Of a stretch of DNA of 64,000 nucleotides, positions 1 to 13,150 are shown one piece after another. Every line of letters begins with the position of its first letter. Within the stretch, counting starts at the first letter, position 1. The stretch lies in the NCBI GenBank assembly GCA_001949185.1, contig BDGG01000014.1:527378-591377 (forward strand). The letters run 5' to 3'. Below the pieces are notes generated by a model. It saw only the letters and a list, made by a program, of their open reading frames with translations, made no database searches and was not told the DNA's origin. The translations under genes were made by a program, and so were the position numbers. Source of the stretch: Ramazzottius varieornatus (Eukaryota > Animalia > Tardigrada).

Positions 1-1845
1 CTAGTTTTACTTCTGCCCCTCATCAAAACACTGTTTAGAAGAAATTTATCAATCTATTATTTATCAATTTACAGTTTACAAGAAATTTATCAATTTACAA
101 TTCAAAAGAAATTTATCTCAAGACTCCGGTCTTGAGCGAACTCCGTGGTTGCTGAAGTTCGCTTGTTGTGTTGCTTCAGTCCTCGAGCTTGTTTTAATTT
201 GACCTCCAAGATCGTGAGCTTTTTCTTTCCCAACTCTTCATCCAGAAGATCCCACCACTACCTTCCTTCTTTTTAAGTATCTGCGACCGATCATCCGAAA
301 GACCAAACTGAAGAAACGAAATTACCTGCTTAGTGTGCTCATAGTGATTCGCACTGCCGTGAAACTCGCCAGCGGGACCAGGCCGTCACCACAGCCGCCC
401 CTGTTTCGCAATTCATGTTTTCGACCAGAATTGCATAAAATCATGTGATTTTATTCAATTCAAATTCTATGCTAAAGAAGTTTCGCACTCAGCGGCACAT
501 GATCACAGCATAAGCCACCGGAAATGCGTTACCTTCGCGCGATTAGTCTCTCGTTCTCGAACACTCTTCTGAACCATAGATCTCCCACCAGCAATCACAC
601 AATTGTGGCTCGACACCGCATACTCACCAGGCTCGCGGCTGTCGAAATGGCAGATAGTTCATTGGCGCATTCGTCACTTTCACACTTTCTCTGTAGTCCT
701 TTGCGCTTGGTAGTTTATTTGACTGCTGAGCGAACCTTGACCAACAATCCGTCCTTTATGATTTACCGTCACAAGAGAAAACTAAGCATCCAAGAACACC
801 TAGGTTTCTTCGGATCTCACAACGTAATGCGCCCCCGAAGCAGAAAAACTGGTCAGATTCAAAATTACTTCAGAAATTGTCAAACTGTTGTGGTCCGAAG
901 TTCTTCCCTTTCCACTTCAAGCGAGAGCTAGCATCTTTGAGGCATGTTATCCGTCCAACGCTTTAGAACTGAGGCGAGTAAAGCGTCATATAGTTGGGCT
1001 TTTGGTACGGGTTCCGGTCGTAATTCACTTCGGCACCAGTTCTGGAACAGCCGCGCTCTCCTCCTTGGTTCTGTACACCGATCTAATCTTACTGAAACTC
1101 TAGTTGACGTTCCTGTCCTTTGTTCGATCATCGCTCGAAGAAGCCAGCTTCTCTGCAAGTGGAAGCATTGTTGTATACGAGAGTTTCACTGACACAGATC
1201 CGCAGTCAACAAACCGATTAAATGCGTCACTTCACATGGGTAAGACAAAGCAAGCTCACCTCGGCATTGCTTCATCGTGGCGATTCAAGCGTCGCAAACA
1301 TTCTTTCCGTGCCGATTCGGCGGAATTTCTTCAGCTTCTCGGCTTGACTCCTTCGCAGCAGAGACTGGTGCGTAGTCTGCTTCTTCGGGGAAATGTCAGA
1401 ACTGTTCCTTTCGCAAGAAGGCGACTCTTCTGGCGACAGCTTCAGCAGTTTATGGATCGGCTCTCTGTGAATCTGGTCGTCTTGCATAGATATAAATACC
1501 ATTTCAATAACTTAATGAAGATTAGATTTGATCAGTTTGCTGTGAACGTAAGTGCTGCTCCTCACAGCAGGACCACATTCCTACAAATCGAAACTTTGGC
1601 GAATGTCAGAAAGAAGGTGATGAGACTCACCGGTTGGCCGCAGTAAGCTGGACAGGTTGCGTAATCTATATGCCTTTGCTATCGTCTTGAAAGGGCAATA
1701 AAGGCTCCTCAATATCGAATTTGGCTGATCATAAAATGCTCGAACCGGGGATATATATTGCACGTATTCAGCACCTTAGTGCCAGAAATCGCCACAGTTT
1801 CATCTCGAGTTTTTCGTTCTCCTCAGAACTGGCAAATTTTCCGAT

Positions 1846-3032
1846 ATGGCATTTCGGGTCTTTGTTCTGGTGTGCCTCGCGTTCGCTACAGGCTGCGCTT
1901 ACCAGAATGTCAACAACGGAGCCTCTATCATCACCTTTCCGGGAGATGTCAGGTCAGGTGCTTTGGATAACAGAGAGTTTCAGAACCAGTTCAAACATGG
2001 AATTCTAGATCGGCTTCTCCGTGGAAAAAAGATGAAAGTGTCGGTGGAGGAAACCCGTCGCTTGACCTACGAACAGGACGAAGAATGCAATGACTGCAAC
2101 CAGCCAACGCAGTCAATTGTCACCGAACGGCCACTCCCTCCAGGACCTATCTTGATCCGCTATGGAGGTTCCACAATTTTCGTTCCTTGCAGCGCTCAAT
2201 CGACCCAAATTCTTTACACCGGATTGTCGGTAAGACGAGTGGTGGCTCAAACAACTTCAATTCTTTGTAGCAGTCGATTCCTGAATGTCCGGCCTCGGCT
2301 TTGCTCCCCGAGCCGAGCCGTTACGGAATTTTCTAGTGCAATGTCGCCCGACCTGACCGACCGGAACCGCCAGACATTTCGATTATTGACTGCTAAAAAG
2401 AATTGAAATCGTTTGGGCTACCACCGGGTAAGGCTAATCTATTGGCGACAACATCCTTTACAATGGTTATACAGCGCATGCGGATTCAGTGCGCCAGCCA
2501 CTTATTTGAATCCTGGTTGCAGGCAACATCCCCATTGCCCATAACTTGGCACGGCAAGCTTCAGTCTTCCAGTGACGTCAGTGATGTGAGTCAGGCGATT
2601 GTGTTCGTCGTTGGACCGGATTCAAACGGAAACTATGCACCCGCAGTCACGCAGCCGCTTGGCACAGTTTATCAGACGTACGAAATCTGGGTTACCGACA
2701 GCTTAGGACGGCGGTCCACCTCGGTTTTCGTCACCGTAAGTCTCGTTACTTTCCTCTCTTAGCTAAAGTCGATACTCGGTCGAAGATGTCCCATCCCGGA
2801 ACTAAGATATGGGTTGGCTGCCCTTTAGTTTGAAATTCAGTCAGGGAACTCGTGCGGTAGCACTACCTCTTCTACCACGTGGACTACCGACACTACCATG
2901 GCAGAAGAGACTACTATCGCTACTGTTGCACCTGTGTCTAGCTGTGATCCTTGCACTGGTATCGGAGGTTCCGGTGATTGCAAGGACTGCTTCGAATGCG
3001 AAATTATCAGTGGAGGTGTTTGCCAACCATAG
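1846..3032 (+). CDS. Secreted protein with Ig/HYR-like segment, Thr-rich stalk and Cys-rich C-terminus (3 exons: 1846-2229, 2523-2735, 2829-3032)
   Basis: Signal peptide MAFRVFVLVCLAFATG; phase-0 GT-AG junctions join the ORFs in frame; YEIWVTDSLGRRSTSVFVTFEI beta-strand pattern; ends CDPCTG...CKDCFEC...CQP*. Confidence 0.65.
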
Positions 3033-3351
3033 TACATCTGGTTCAGTTAACCCTGAGTTAATCTGAGATCAAGCCGAATCGGTGCGAGACGCATCTAACT
3101 GTACAGGTTTTGTTTGCTGTGAATTAGAAGAAACCTTGCTTACCCGGAACATAGAGTGCACCGTCACAAGCCGTTAGGGTGTTTAAGGCCGTAACTCTGA
3201 TGAATTATTATCAATTGCGGTGCGGGTCTCGAGAAGTTACATGTGTCATTCAGATACGTGGTACACTACAGTATAATATCATGCAGCCTTTACATGCCAT
3301 TCTCGTAACAGAGAAGCCCATGATAACTGTCCAAGTACGCTACTCGATCAG

Positions 3352-6300
3352 CTAATCGATGGCAGCCGCGAGCACGCCGTGGGTTTCCGCCGGGCTGGAG
3401 TCTTCGGCGATCCGCTGGACTAATATTGCGTGCGAGGGACTTCGGAGCTGAAAATGGCGAAGGGAGACATTCCACCAGTTGTCCATCCCCTCCCTAAAAG
3501 TATGGCGATCGTTCAGTCACGAGGACAAACTGTCGAGATCCTTGCTAACAATTTGCTCTCTTCCAACTGGCTTACACCGTACGGACGGAGGTTGTGCAAC
3601 TGAACGCCACCCCCACGACGATAACATATGCAGCGACTATAGCGGCTAATTCCGACGAGCTAAGTGTCTCTACAATAGATGATAGCTAGCTGTACTTGGT
3701 TAGAATGGACACGGTCAATGTATCAGGAGGAATGTGGCATGAATAGCGCAAGGGCTTACTCGATTGCTGGCAGATGGCATCTTGTCCATCATATCCGCAG
3801 CGTGGGCGGTTGGGAGGTGGCCAAGGGCCCGGCCACTTTATCGGCCGTATTTGTACGGTTTCTTCGGTTAGAGCATTCAACCGGATGACCGTCTGCAGAG
3901 CATGACGTACGTGATCAAGAACTTTAGGGCTCTAAAGACAAGTTGACGCTGTATCACTTACCGTCAGATTATCTCCATCGTACTGACTACTGATTGCGTA
4001 GAGTCCAGATAGCGATCCGAACTGGTCAAAAGTAAAGTTTCCGGTGCGCAGGGAAAATGTGCGTCCCTGAAATCCGCGTGCTATTCTGCGACCATCCTTT
4101 AGCAAGTCGGTCTGGTTCAGCCGCACTAGTTCGTCAATCAACTGGAAAAAATTTGTCAAAGCTGCCATCAAAATAATGTAGTTTTGTCTATTGAGTCTCG
4201 TGCAAACAAGAGGCGGCGATTATTCTGACCTCAGCTACGACCATCGGCATGGCATAGGCCGATGTGATGTGAAAGTTTTGGCCCGCGTCCGACATGGAAT
4301 AGGTCAAATTGTAGCGAGCGGCGGACACCGACCGCCACCCATCCATCAGCTGATACGCTTCAGAACCTGGTACTAACTCTTCTTCCGGTTCACCCTCGAT
4401 AATGAGCACCGACCTGTAGGCTTTTTCAGCTTCCTGTCAGCCAAAGATATACCTCAGTTGTATGGAACACAAAAAGTGTGGTTAGCCCTACTTCATCCAG
4501 CTCGTCTCCGTATTGCCAGTGGTAGTTGCCCATGATGGGATGTCGTAGCAGCCGCAGACACATATGGACCTGGAATTTCGTACAAGATCTGCAATAGAAA
4601 CTTAGCCGGTCTATGGGCATTCTCACGTGTTGTCCCTCCGTCATGTTCAGCTTTCGAGCGGCCAGCTGGAAAAAAAAGGGTTTTGGATAGATAAACATTT
4701 TCAAGGAGGGGTGAACAACAAAGGTGGTCTTATTTTTGACCCAAGGTACCATGAGCTTCCTGAGTGTCCCGCCAAAGGTTACGTACAAGTACACTGCAAT
4801 CGAAAACTTAAATATGATTATACTCTGCATTGTCTGACGTGATTATTAACTCTTGGCGTTCAGAAAAAAGCCCTACATCTGGATGCCCTGTTCAGCCGTC
4901 GCAAAATTTCATTGTAATCCACAGTGGGGGAAAAGCCATCTAAGTTGATAAGAATGACTTCCTTCCCAAGCCGAGAACTGATAGACTGTTGGACCACCAG
5001 CGCCATCTTGAACATGGTCGGGTTGCGGTAGCCATCGACCACGATCGACACAGTGTTCCAATTGTAGTAACGCATCAGGCTGAGCATCAACCTTGAGAAG
5101 AGAAGTAGGGCAGCCACACCTCCTCTGCCCGCTTCCACGCGTGTCGGCCATCTTTCTTTCTCCTCGATCGTCGATGACACTGTCGAGCTACAAGTCGGAA
5201 TGTGGTTAACTAACCAGAAACCGATATCAAATGCTCCCTGTCGGAAGACTGACATGTACAGTCAGCGTCATGGTTCATCGTCACCCGCACCTTTCCTTCC
5301 TTTCATCATATCACGTAATCCCCCAGTCCCATTTCCAAAATTCTAAAGCAAGTGTATAGACAACACTTCAATACCTCAGGTTACGTGAGAGACCAGCCAC
5401 CTTTTCAACCAATCAACCGTGCTGCGTCTGCAGTCCGGACAAGAAATTATAGGTCATTTTTGGCTGCTGGTCACTCGTCACGTTTATGAAAAGTCTAAAC
5501 GGCCAGAATGTAGTACAAACAGCACTCTATCGATCCCGTCAAGAGAGATCTTCAGAAACCCCTTGCAAAATTAAATCGGAAAGAGGTAACTGGCATGGAG
5601 AGTACAAGTCTTGATTTTGGCTTTCTGTGTTTCAAACTCGCCTTCCTTGGTACCAAAATTAAGGAAAACTTGTTCCCATTTTTAACAAACCTTTGGCGGC
5701 AAAACACGAGTCAAACTGGTGAGATGTGAGCCTTGAAAGGGAGAGGGGTGTCGCGCAATGTTAGAGTATAACCGTCCGGTGTACAGCATCACTTGGGCTT
5801 TGGGGCTCGATTGCATTGGTTTTGGCTACATGTTAGAGAGCTTATGAGCAGTTCTAAGATCAGACAATCGAGCATGGAAAACGATGTTGGGCTGTAATCT
5901 CCTTGCCGGTTCCCTCGTATTTCTTTTCTTAGTTGTTGGTTAGTTGTCACAAAACCATAATCATTCGAGAAAACAAACTTTCGCTGTTTCATGGTACATG
6001 GGACTATCTCCATATGAGAATATGTCCAAAGCATTTTTCTCGGAATTGATCTTTTTGTGACAGCAGGTTCTTTTGTCGCACTTTGTCGTAGGAACGAAGG
6101 TCGAACGAGTGGCCGAACGAGTGGCCGAAATTTTTGGGATTACAGATCAGCAAGTACAAGGGTGTTGACAGCCACTCTTGGCGTCAGCAACGCGTTCCAC
6201 CCTGAGACGCGAACCAACGAGTACTTCGGTGTTTGTTGTCGTTCTTACTACCGCTGTTTGATTAGCTGACGAACCACAGGTGCGCACATCGTGTGAGACC

Positions 6301-8041
6301 GATACGCGAGCTGATTTACGCACCATGCAGTTTTCCGCACTTTTCGATTACTCCTCGTATTTTCCTGACCTGTGGTCGAAACTTGCTTTTAACATTAGGT
6401 TCGTGTTCCTCGAAGTCTGTTTCATATGCGTAAAAGTCCCGTTTGGATTTACCCTCAGGGTCCTGAAACTTCGAAGCCTTCTCTCCAGCAGTATAGTCAG
6501 ACACTGTTTGGCCCGCATTCGCATATGGACATACGCATGTTTTACGCAAACCTTATGCAGCTGAGAGATGGTATCCGACATAATATATTTTGTCCTGGGA
6601 ATATGTGGCAAGGTACTCTGGAGAGCCCATATGGAAATATTTTGTAAAACTTTTCTACTGAAGATCATTTTTATCGTTTCGCGATTTCCGAATATATACA
6701 GCTAGTTACGATGCGATTTATGCGAAAACGATACGACTTCTGTTGCAATTGTATCGTGACCGGGATTATGTCGTGATGGGATTGTATCGTGATCTATCCT
6801 GGCCGTTTAGACTTTTAGAAAACCTGTCACGTGACGAGTTACCAGTAGCCATAAATGACCCATATTTTCTTGTCCAGACTGCAGACGCATCCCGGTTGAT
6901 TGGCTGAAAAGGCGACTGGTCTCTCACCTGACCTGAAATATTCAAGTGTTGTCCACACAATGGCTCTTAAAAATTTGAAAATGGGACTGGGGGATCTCGT
7001 GATATGATGGAACGAACGAAAGACCCATAAGGAAAACTCCTTCACGTTTACGGATCGGTTCTCCAGTTCGTTCAATGATATAATTATTACCTCCGTGTAA
7101 TTTATGTAATTAGATTCGACGATCGAATAGATACCTATGACGTCTACAAAGTAGAAACAATCGGTAAGTCCTCATTTCATACTTCCTTATTCGTTTGATT
7201 GATCGGGTTTTCTCGGGGTTGTTATAGTCGGGATGTCGGCAAATGACTCCATGATCGTTTTCCCTGGTGGCGCATACATTCGGCCAATACCAAGGGAAAG
7301 ATGCGCCACCTGCGGTAGCGATCATGTTCCGCTCTTTCGCGGCGTCCTGATTCTGCTTTCCATTTTCAATTTTCTTGTAGGCGATGCATACATGATGGTC
7401 TCAGGACTGCCTCGCAGAAACGGTTTAAGACACGCAGGTAAATATCCTGAAATTTACTATCAGGTCTTCTGATATGACTTAAAAAATAGTACTGTAGTGC
7501 TACCAAATTATCGCGCACTGAACCACGTGATGAGTCATCGCTGTCCGGTGTGATCAGATGATGACCTACGACACTGACTGTACCTTATAACGAGCTTGTT
7601 TAGTGCGCCACCGAGCATGATGGAGGCATGGCCGTCACAGTCTACATCGAAAAGAACGTAACCGTAACCCAACACATCAAGCCAAGATATGATCGTTATT
7701 GACACGGTACCAGCTATCGTGTTCAGGAAAATCGTCATATCAGCTTCCCGCCATCTCGATCGGTGCCGGTAATAGTACCGTGCTAAAATGTCGTCACTGA
7801 CGGCCATCCATTCGTTACAGTTCTGGTACGACGGATCTGTTACAATGCGCTGCGTTACAGTTAGGCGAGGGTAATGCTTTTTGATATCCTTCAAGGCAGT
7901 CTCGTAGGGCGGTGCAACGAAGAACAAGCTTCCCATTTCTGCCGCGTAGTACAAAGCCAGGGTGATGATCTCCACCTGCAGTACGCCCTGTTCAACTACG
8001 GAGACATTCCTGGAAAGGTGTGGTTGGCCGGATGGGGTCAT
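3352..8041 (-). CDS. Natriuretic peptide receptor-like (ANF_receptor ectodomain) single-pass receptor with short cytoplasmic tail; multi-exon, 5' end uncertain
   Basis: Exons join in frame: RYYNWNTVSIVVD, LRRLNRASR, LAARKLNMTEGQH, WQYGDELDE|EAEKAYRSVLII, WPGPWPPPNRPRCGYDG, TM segment ELAAIVAAYVIVVGVAF, tail ...WWNVSLRHF...AAAID* (TAG 3352-3354); long intron 5188-7583. Confidence 0.75.
7237..7341. repeat. Intronic hairpin element, family A (1 unit)
   Basis: cggcaaa...gatcgttttccctggtggcgcatac-attcggccaataccaagggaaag-atgcgccacctg...cgatcatg, inside intron 5188-7583. Confidence 0.75.
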
Positions 8042-9820
8042 TTGAAGTGTAGCAGTATTGCGATTGCCGACAAACCTAAATCAAACGGGCAACTGAATCC
8101 CCGAACTTCAGCTCGATCAAAGAGACGATTTACTAAAATGCCTCCTGGACCAGAACCATAAGCGCAATATCCAATCTGGGTTGCAGTTCCTTCGAGGAAA
8201 AGTATTTGCGCTGTACTGCATGGCGGTAGTTGGGACGTTGACAATAGAGAAAAACTGACACGCAGACGGAAGTGCGACCGCGGCAATAATATTTCATCTC
8301 CGTAATCGAAGTTTTTAAAAAGTTGTTGGAGTAGTTCTCAGAGGCCGTGTATGACAGGTATTCGAGCTTCAGCTCTTCTTCTACAGGGTGAGTACGCCAA
8401 CTTGCTACCACCTCTTAACAATTATAGCGCTCTTGGCTGAGTGTTTTCGTCCTCCTAACTATTTTTCCTTACTTTAGCATCCCTTTTGCTACCTTTTAAA
8501 AATAACATAGCCTGGAAGAATGTCTACAGGAAGCCCAGATTTGACCCGGGATCAGAGAAGGTGCAACCGCGGAACTGCTCCGGCCGGAACTTTCGCTGTT
8601 TCTTCCTCGGGGAGAAAATCTTTCTTCATTCAGTTGCAATCTTGACTGAAAACTGCTGATTGCAAACCGTTTAGTGGTAGTGCAGCAACCGATAAGAACA
8701 TCGTGATTCATTTTACCACTTGCTGATTCACTAATACAGCCACTTTCGCGAAATCGTGCAAAAATAAAGGATGATCGCCTATAAACAAGATTTGTCGAAG
8801 TGTTCTGAAGCGTTTTCCGGAAAATGACAACATGAAAGCGTAGCCAAATTCATGAGCTATCTGAACCACAAACGTCTTGAGAAAAACTGCGTGAAATCAG
8901 AGTGCCCACTTTTCAGGAAAAACAAGGTCCGCCTGAATCAACAACGTTTTCAAATTTTGAGGGAACTTCGAGAAATTTTCTTCAGTTTCCTGGAACGATC
9001 TTGCAATGTGGACAGTGATCCAAAATTATCCCAGGGACTCAGCTAGACAAAAAGCGGTTGTAAGTACAAACTCTTGGTTCAGAACACACCTTGCAATTTC
9101 TTCCACGAGGAGGGGTTTCTTGGCAAAATCGTCAAATTCAACGATATTAATTCATTTCCAAGTTAGTTTCATCTTCTTGCGATTTATTCCAATTTTCAAT
9201 GAGCACCTAGGTAGTTGTACCCAGGCTGAAATCAAATTGCGGATGGTATCCCAAAAGAGAAGTTCCGGAGAACCTATCTCTTTCGTGGCGAGAAGTCTCC
9301 CTCACCGGAAATCATGCCAATCAGCTTTCTCAACCCTGGTCTCAATGCATGCAAGTGAACTATGTCTCTTTGAGAAGACCTTGAAAAGTTGTACGAAATC
9401 TGTGAACGACCGAAAAGAGAGCCAGCACTTCGAATTTCTTCTGCGCTGAAGTTCCAGGTGGTAGCAAGTTGGCGCACTCACCCTGTACAAGGCAAAGTGC
9501 TACAAGTCACGAGCGAAAAGAAACATTAGCTTTGATCCTTAGTAGTGCGGGACAAAAGTGGGACGGTAGCAATATAGTTGGTATTGCAAGGGTTCGCAAC
9601 AAGGTTCGTGCAAGGTTCGTGCGTGTTGAATTCCTGGAGCTGCTGAAACTCTACATCGCGTTAGCGATGATGTCTGCTTTGCTCAATCGAGCCTCATATG
9701 TTATCATAATATACGGTGTGGTTTAGCCAACAGCCGCAAATTCTCCGGTGACATGCCCACCACGGGTCCTCAACCATCATATAGTCAGCGCGATTGTCAA
9801 AGTCGAAAGGCACACCTATA

Positions 9821-11347
9821 TAGTAGAAAAGTTGCACTTTGCGCAGATAATTTTAAAAAATGAGAACTGGTTAATTTTAGACAGATTCGCGGGGCGGCAA
9901 CCTAACGGCTACTGTTGCCGCCGAGGGAGGCTAAAAGGGAAGAAAACGGGAACTGGGATGATGGCAGCGCGTATCCCAAGTTCTCAACCATTGAAATACT
10001 CCCTGTGACTCAGAATGCAATGCTGTAGCCTTATCTCTATCTTTTGTGACCTACTTTCGCTTCTCCTCACAAGGGATTTACGTCAGTCGGTCCAATCCAA
10101 CTCTAAAAGCAATAAGATGGAAAAATAGGAAAGGGTTCACTCCATGAAACAGAGCAGACGGTATTGGCGGAACTAATTCCTGGACGCCACTGCGAAATTC
10201 GGGAACAGAGGAACTATTGCCGTACACTAGCGTACAAGTCTGGTGCGATGATGCAATACTCTTGATTGAGACTTTTTCATTGACAATGAGGTGCACAGCT
10301 GATCGGATTTGACGTCGTAGCCGCTCCAAATTGCGCACCATGAAGTGCTACGGCTTCGAGACAGCAAACTGTCTGGTGAACCACACACACTCTTCGCCGA
10401 TCAGCTGATCGCCTTCTCGTCAATCAGGAATCAAATCAAAGTGCATTACGTCAAAGCGGTTTGGTTGCGTCATTAGGAAGGAGCCGTATGGCCATTGTAT
10501 CCCTGTTCCCGAATTTTGTGGTGGCGTCCAGAAATTATTTCCGCCGATGCTGCCTGCCTCTGTCTATACAGTGAACTCTCATCTACTTATATAGCGAATT
10601 GGTTTCAGAGTTGGAGTGGACCGATAGGCGTAAATCCCTTGTCAGTCACATTCCATTCACAAGCTTATCTCCTCTAATGCTGTACTTTGCCCTTCACTGG
10701 GCACAGTTCAGCAGAGGGGTTCAAACACAAACTTACGAACAAAACCAGCTTCGCAACGACAGTTCGTGCCCAAAAATCCCATGTTAGACCACCTGGAGTG
10801 GTTTGACATGGGATGACATGGGATGACATGGGGTATCAAGTTGCATGGAAGGTTTATTAGTAAGCTCTGCGAGCATTACGTAATAGCCTCCCACTGTATC
10901 GGCGGCAACAAAATCGAAGTTTATAAAAGGCGTTCGTTGGAAGCTTTGAGAAGTTTCACGACTCGAGCGATTCTGAGAACAATGATGGGACAAACGACCG
11001 CTGCTGGCCATGATGGTTTGATTGGCAGTAATTAGCCCACCAAATTCAAAAAAAGCCGGCTCCAATACAAATCTAATTGATGATTGTCCGGATTGGAGGC
11101 TCTGTGCATCCCGGGCACCGATTAAGCTCTCAGTGCTTCGGGCCAGCTAGGGCATTACTGACGGCAATTTGTTCATGTTTGAAATCTAGGGGTAATTTTC
11201 TTCGTGATTCACGAACGAAGCCCCCCTTCGTTTCGTGAATCGCGAGCGGAATTACAAATCTTGAATTTTTAAACTTTTCAAAATGCAATCGTTTTGTCCA
11301 AACTATCGTTTCTTCAAACCATCTGCGCAAAGTGCAATTTTTCTCTA
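9821..11347. mobile_element. Degenerate TIR element containing a nested insertion
   Basis: agaaaagttgcactttgcgcagat (9825) is the reverse complement, with 1 mismatch, of atctgcgcaaagtgcaatttttct (11321-11344); TIR resembles that of the MITE at 12513. Confidence 0.55.
9885..10910 (-). mobile_element. Interspersed repeat, Helitron2/Helentron-like non-autonomous element (long copy)
   Basis: 9885-10070 and 10647-10903 match 50075-50503; 12-bp inverted repeat tgttgccgccga (9913-9924) / tcggcggcaaca (10899-10910) placed asymmetrically, with hairpin ggcggcaac..gttgccgcc at one end. Confidence 0.6.
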
Positions 11348-11599
11348 ATTCAATTCAGTTGGGTGTGTTTTCGATGACTACGAGTACTCAACGGAATCGA
11401 TGTTTTTCGGTTCCTCTGAATGGAGAATTTTGTCTCCTACAAGTCCCAACAAGAGTGAAGTGAAACTAAGGCAAAAGAGGTGAGAAGGAATCTGTCGAAG
11501 AATGAGTCTCGGCAATGTTAAAAAGCTTGTGAAATGAAAAACTGTAAGGCCAGCAGAGGCGCCTGCGTCGTCGACGGCCGGAAAGACGTTATACGTCAT

Positions 11600-13150
11600 T
11601 TAATTGATTTCAACACCATGCTGCTACACCGTGCTTGGCTCACCACGGTGTAGCAGATGAAGAGAAATGAAGGTCGGTGCAACGGTATCAAATATCCGGA
11701 ACAGTGACAGCTGCTGCCACTGTATACTGCAGAGCTGACAGAATTGTGAGGTCAAATTTGCTGCGGCCACATCTCGTCTTTTACCTCATACCTGCGATAT
11801 AAGGTCCATGCAGTGTAATAAGATAGCCCGGCAACAAAACCCAAGAGCAACATTACCCCCACCGCTTCAGTCGATTCAACACTTCAGTCGAGGTGCGGTT
11901 ATTTTGACGCAGCAGGAAGAGAGTCTAGCCAATTCGTGAACTGAGTATGTCAATTTGTACTTGACTGCGGAAGCCAGACGCCACTCTTCTTTTATGCGCT
12001 GCATGTCCGTCCCAGGAAACAGCTCTTCTTTGGGCTCGGCTACAGCCACAAAATCTTTCAGATTCCTTATTGGCTTCCTGGGGAGACCCCCCACAAAAGT
12101 GCGCGCGTTGGAGAAAGTACATCTTCTTTGTGTCTCTGTCACGTTGCCTCACCATGCTTTCTTCCGTACCTACAATGAATAATTGCAGGATGTGGCCGCA
12201 TCCGTCGGCAGAAGTGTACCTAGAAAGCAAAGAAGGTTTGCGTCAGCACGATAACAGGAAAAGAACCTGACAGAGGTTTGCACTGTTTGTGGTCACTAAC
12301 ATGTTCTCCTTGGGTCATATGCAATCATCGAGCTGCCAGCTAGGAGAGTATCGAATGTTGCAGTAACTTTATACACTAACTTTGTTACAGCGCCCACGAG
12401 CAAGCTCACGATGATTTTTCTGTGTCCCGCTGCAGACCATGTGAAGGTAAAGTGTTATCAAGCACCTATACACGTTCTTTGCCTATAAATGATCTTTATT
12501 TGAAGACAATAATAGGGAAGTTGCACTTTCAACAGAGTAATTCGATAAACGAGCGTTTAAACGAAACGACTACATTTAGAAATGTTTTAACATTCTTAAA
12601 ACATTTTTTGTTGTAATCGTTTCGTTCATTTATCCAATTCCTCTGCTAAAAGTGCAACTTCCCTAATCTCTTCTCAAAAAATGAGAAAACAGAAAATTGC
12701 CTTATTATGGGCAGAGAGAAAAACTTTGAGCACCGGCCGAAAGCGGCAGCCCTTGGATTGATTGGTTGGCTGCCGGCCGGCCCGTACCGCTTCCGTGCGG
12801 TGCCCAAAATGTCGTCCCTGCCCATAATTAGGTGAAGTGCGTAGTAAACCGACCATCAGCCTAGCGAACTTCACCAGTCCGCTTTTACCACCTTCTCCCA
12901 CCTCTATGCGCTTAGGCCACTTTTCTTTGTTTTCGATATCCGTGGCAGTCAGAACTACAATCATTCGCCCACCACAATCAGAACTACAATCATTCGCCCC
13001 AAACAACGTGAAGAAATTTGGAGACTGTATACTCCCCTTCCCACCTAGAGATTAACTTGCACAGCTGAGTGGCGAGGTGTCCGCCTCCGTGTCCATCGCA
13101 GTCTGCATTGACAAGTAATCCATGACAAGTCATAACGGGAAGTGAGACAT
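11600..13150 (-). pseudogene. Decayed paralog of the NPR-like receptor
   Basis: DCDGH..., IENKEKWPKRIEVG, LAAR*LHMTQGEH (in-frame TGA), EPKEELFPG..EWRLASAVKYKLTYS match exons of the 3352-8041 gene; frameshifts, MITE insertion, 20-bp duplication agaactacaatcattcgccc at 12951/12980. Confidence 0.7.
12513..12665. mobile_element. Fold-back MITE
   Basis: TIR tagggaagttgcacttt / aaagtgcaacttcccta with extended internal complementarity; no clean TSD. Confidence 0.7.

Noticed and set aside
120-1650. Possible minus-strand gene or TE fragments at the window start
   Set aside because: I could not assemble a consistent reading frame or recognise a domain.
8850-9490. Coding-like composition on the minus strand
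   Set aside because: Several stops in the frames I translated and no identifiable family.
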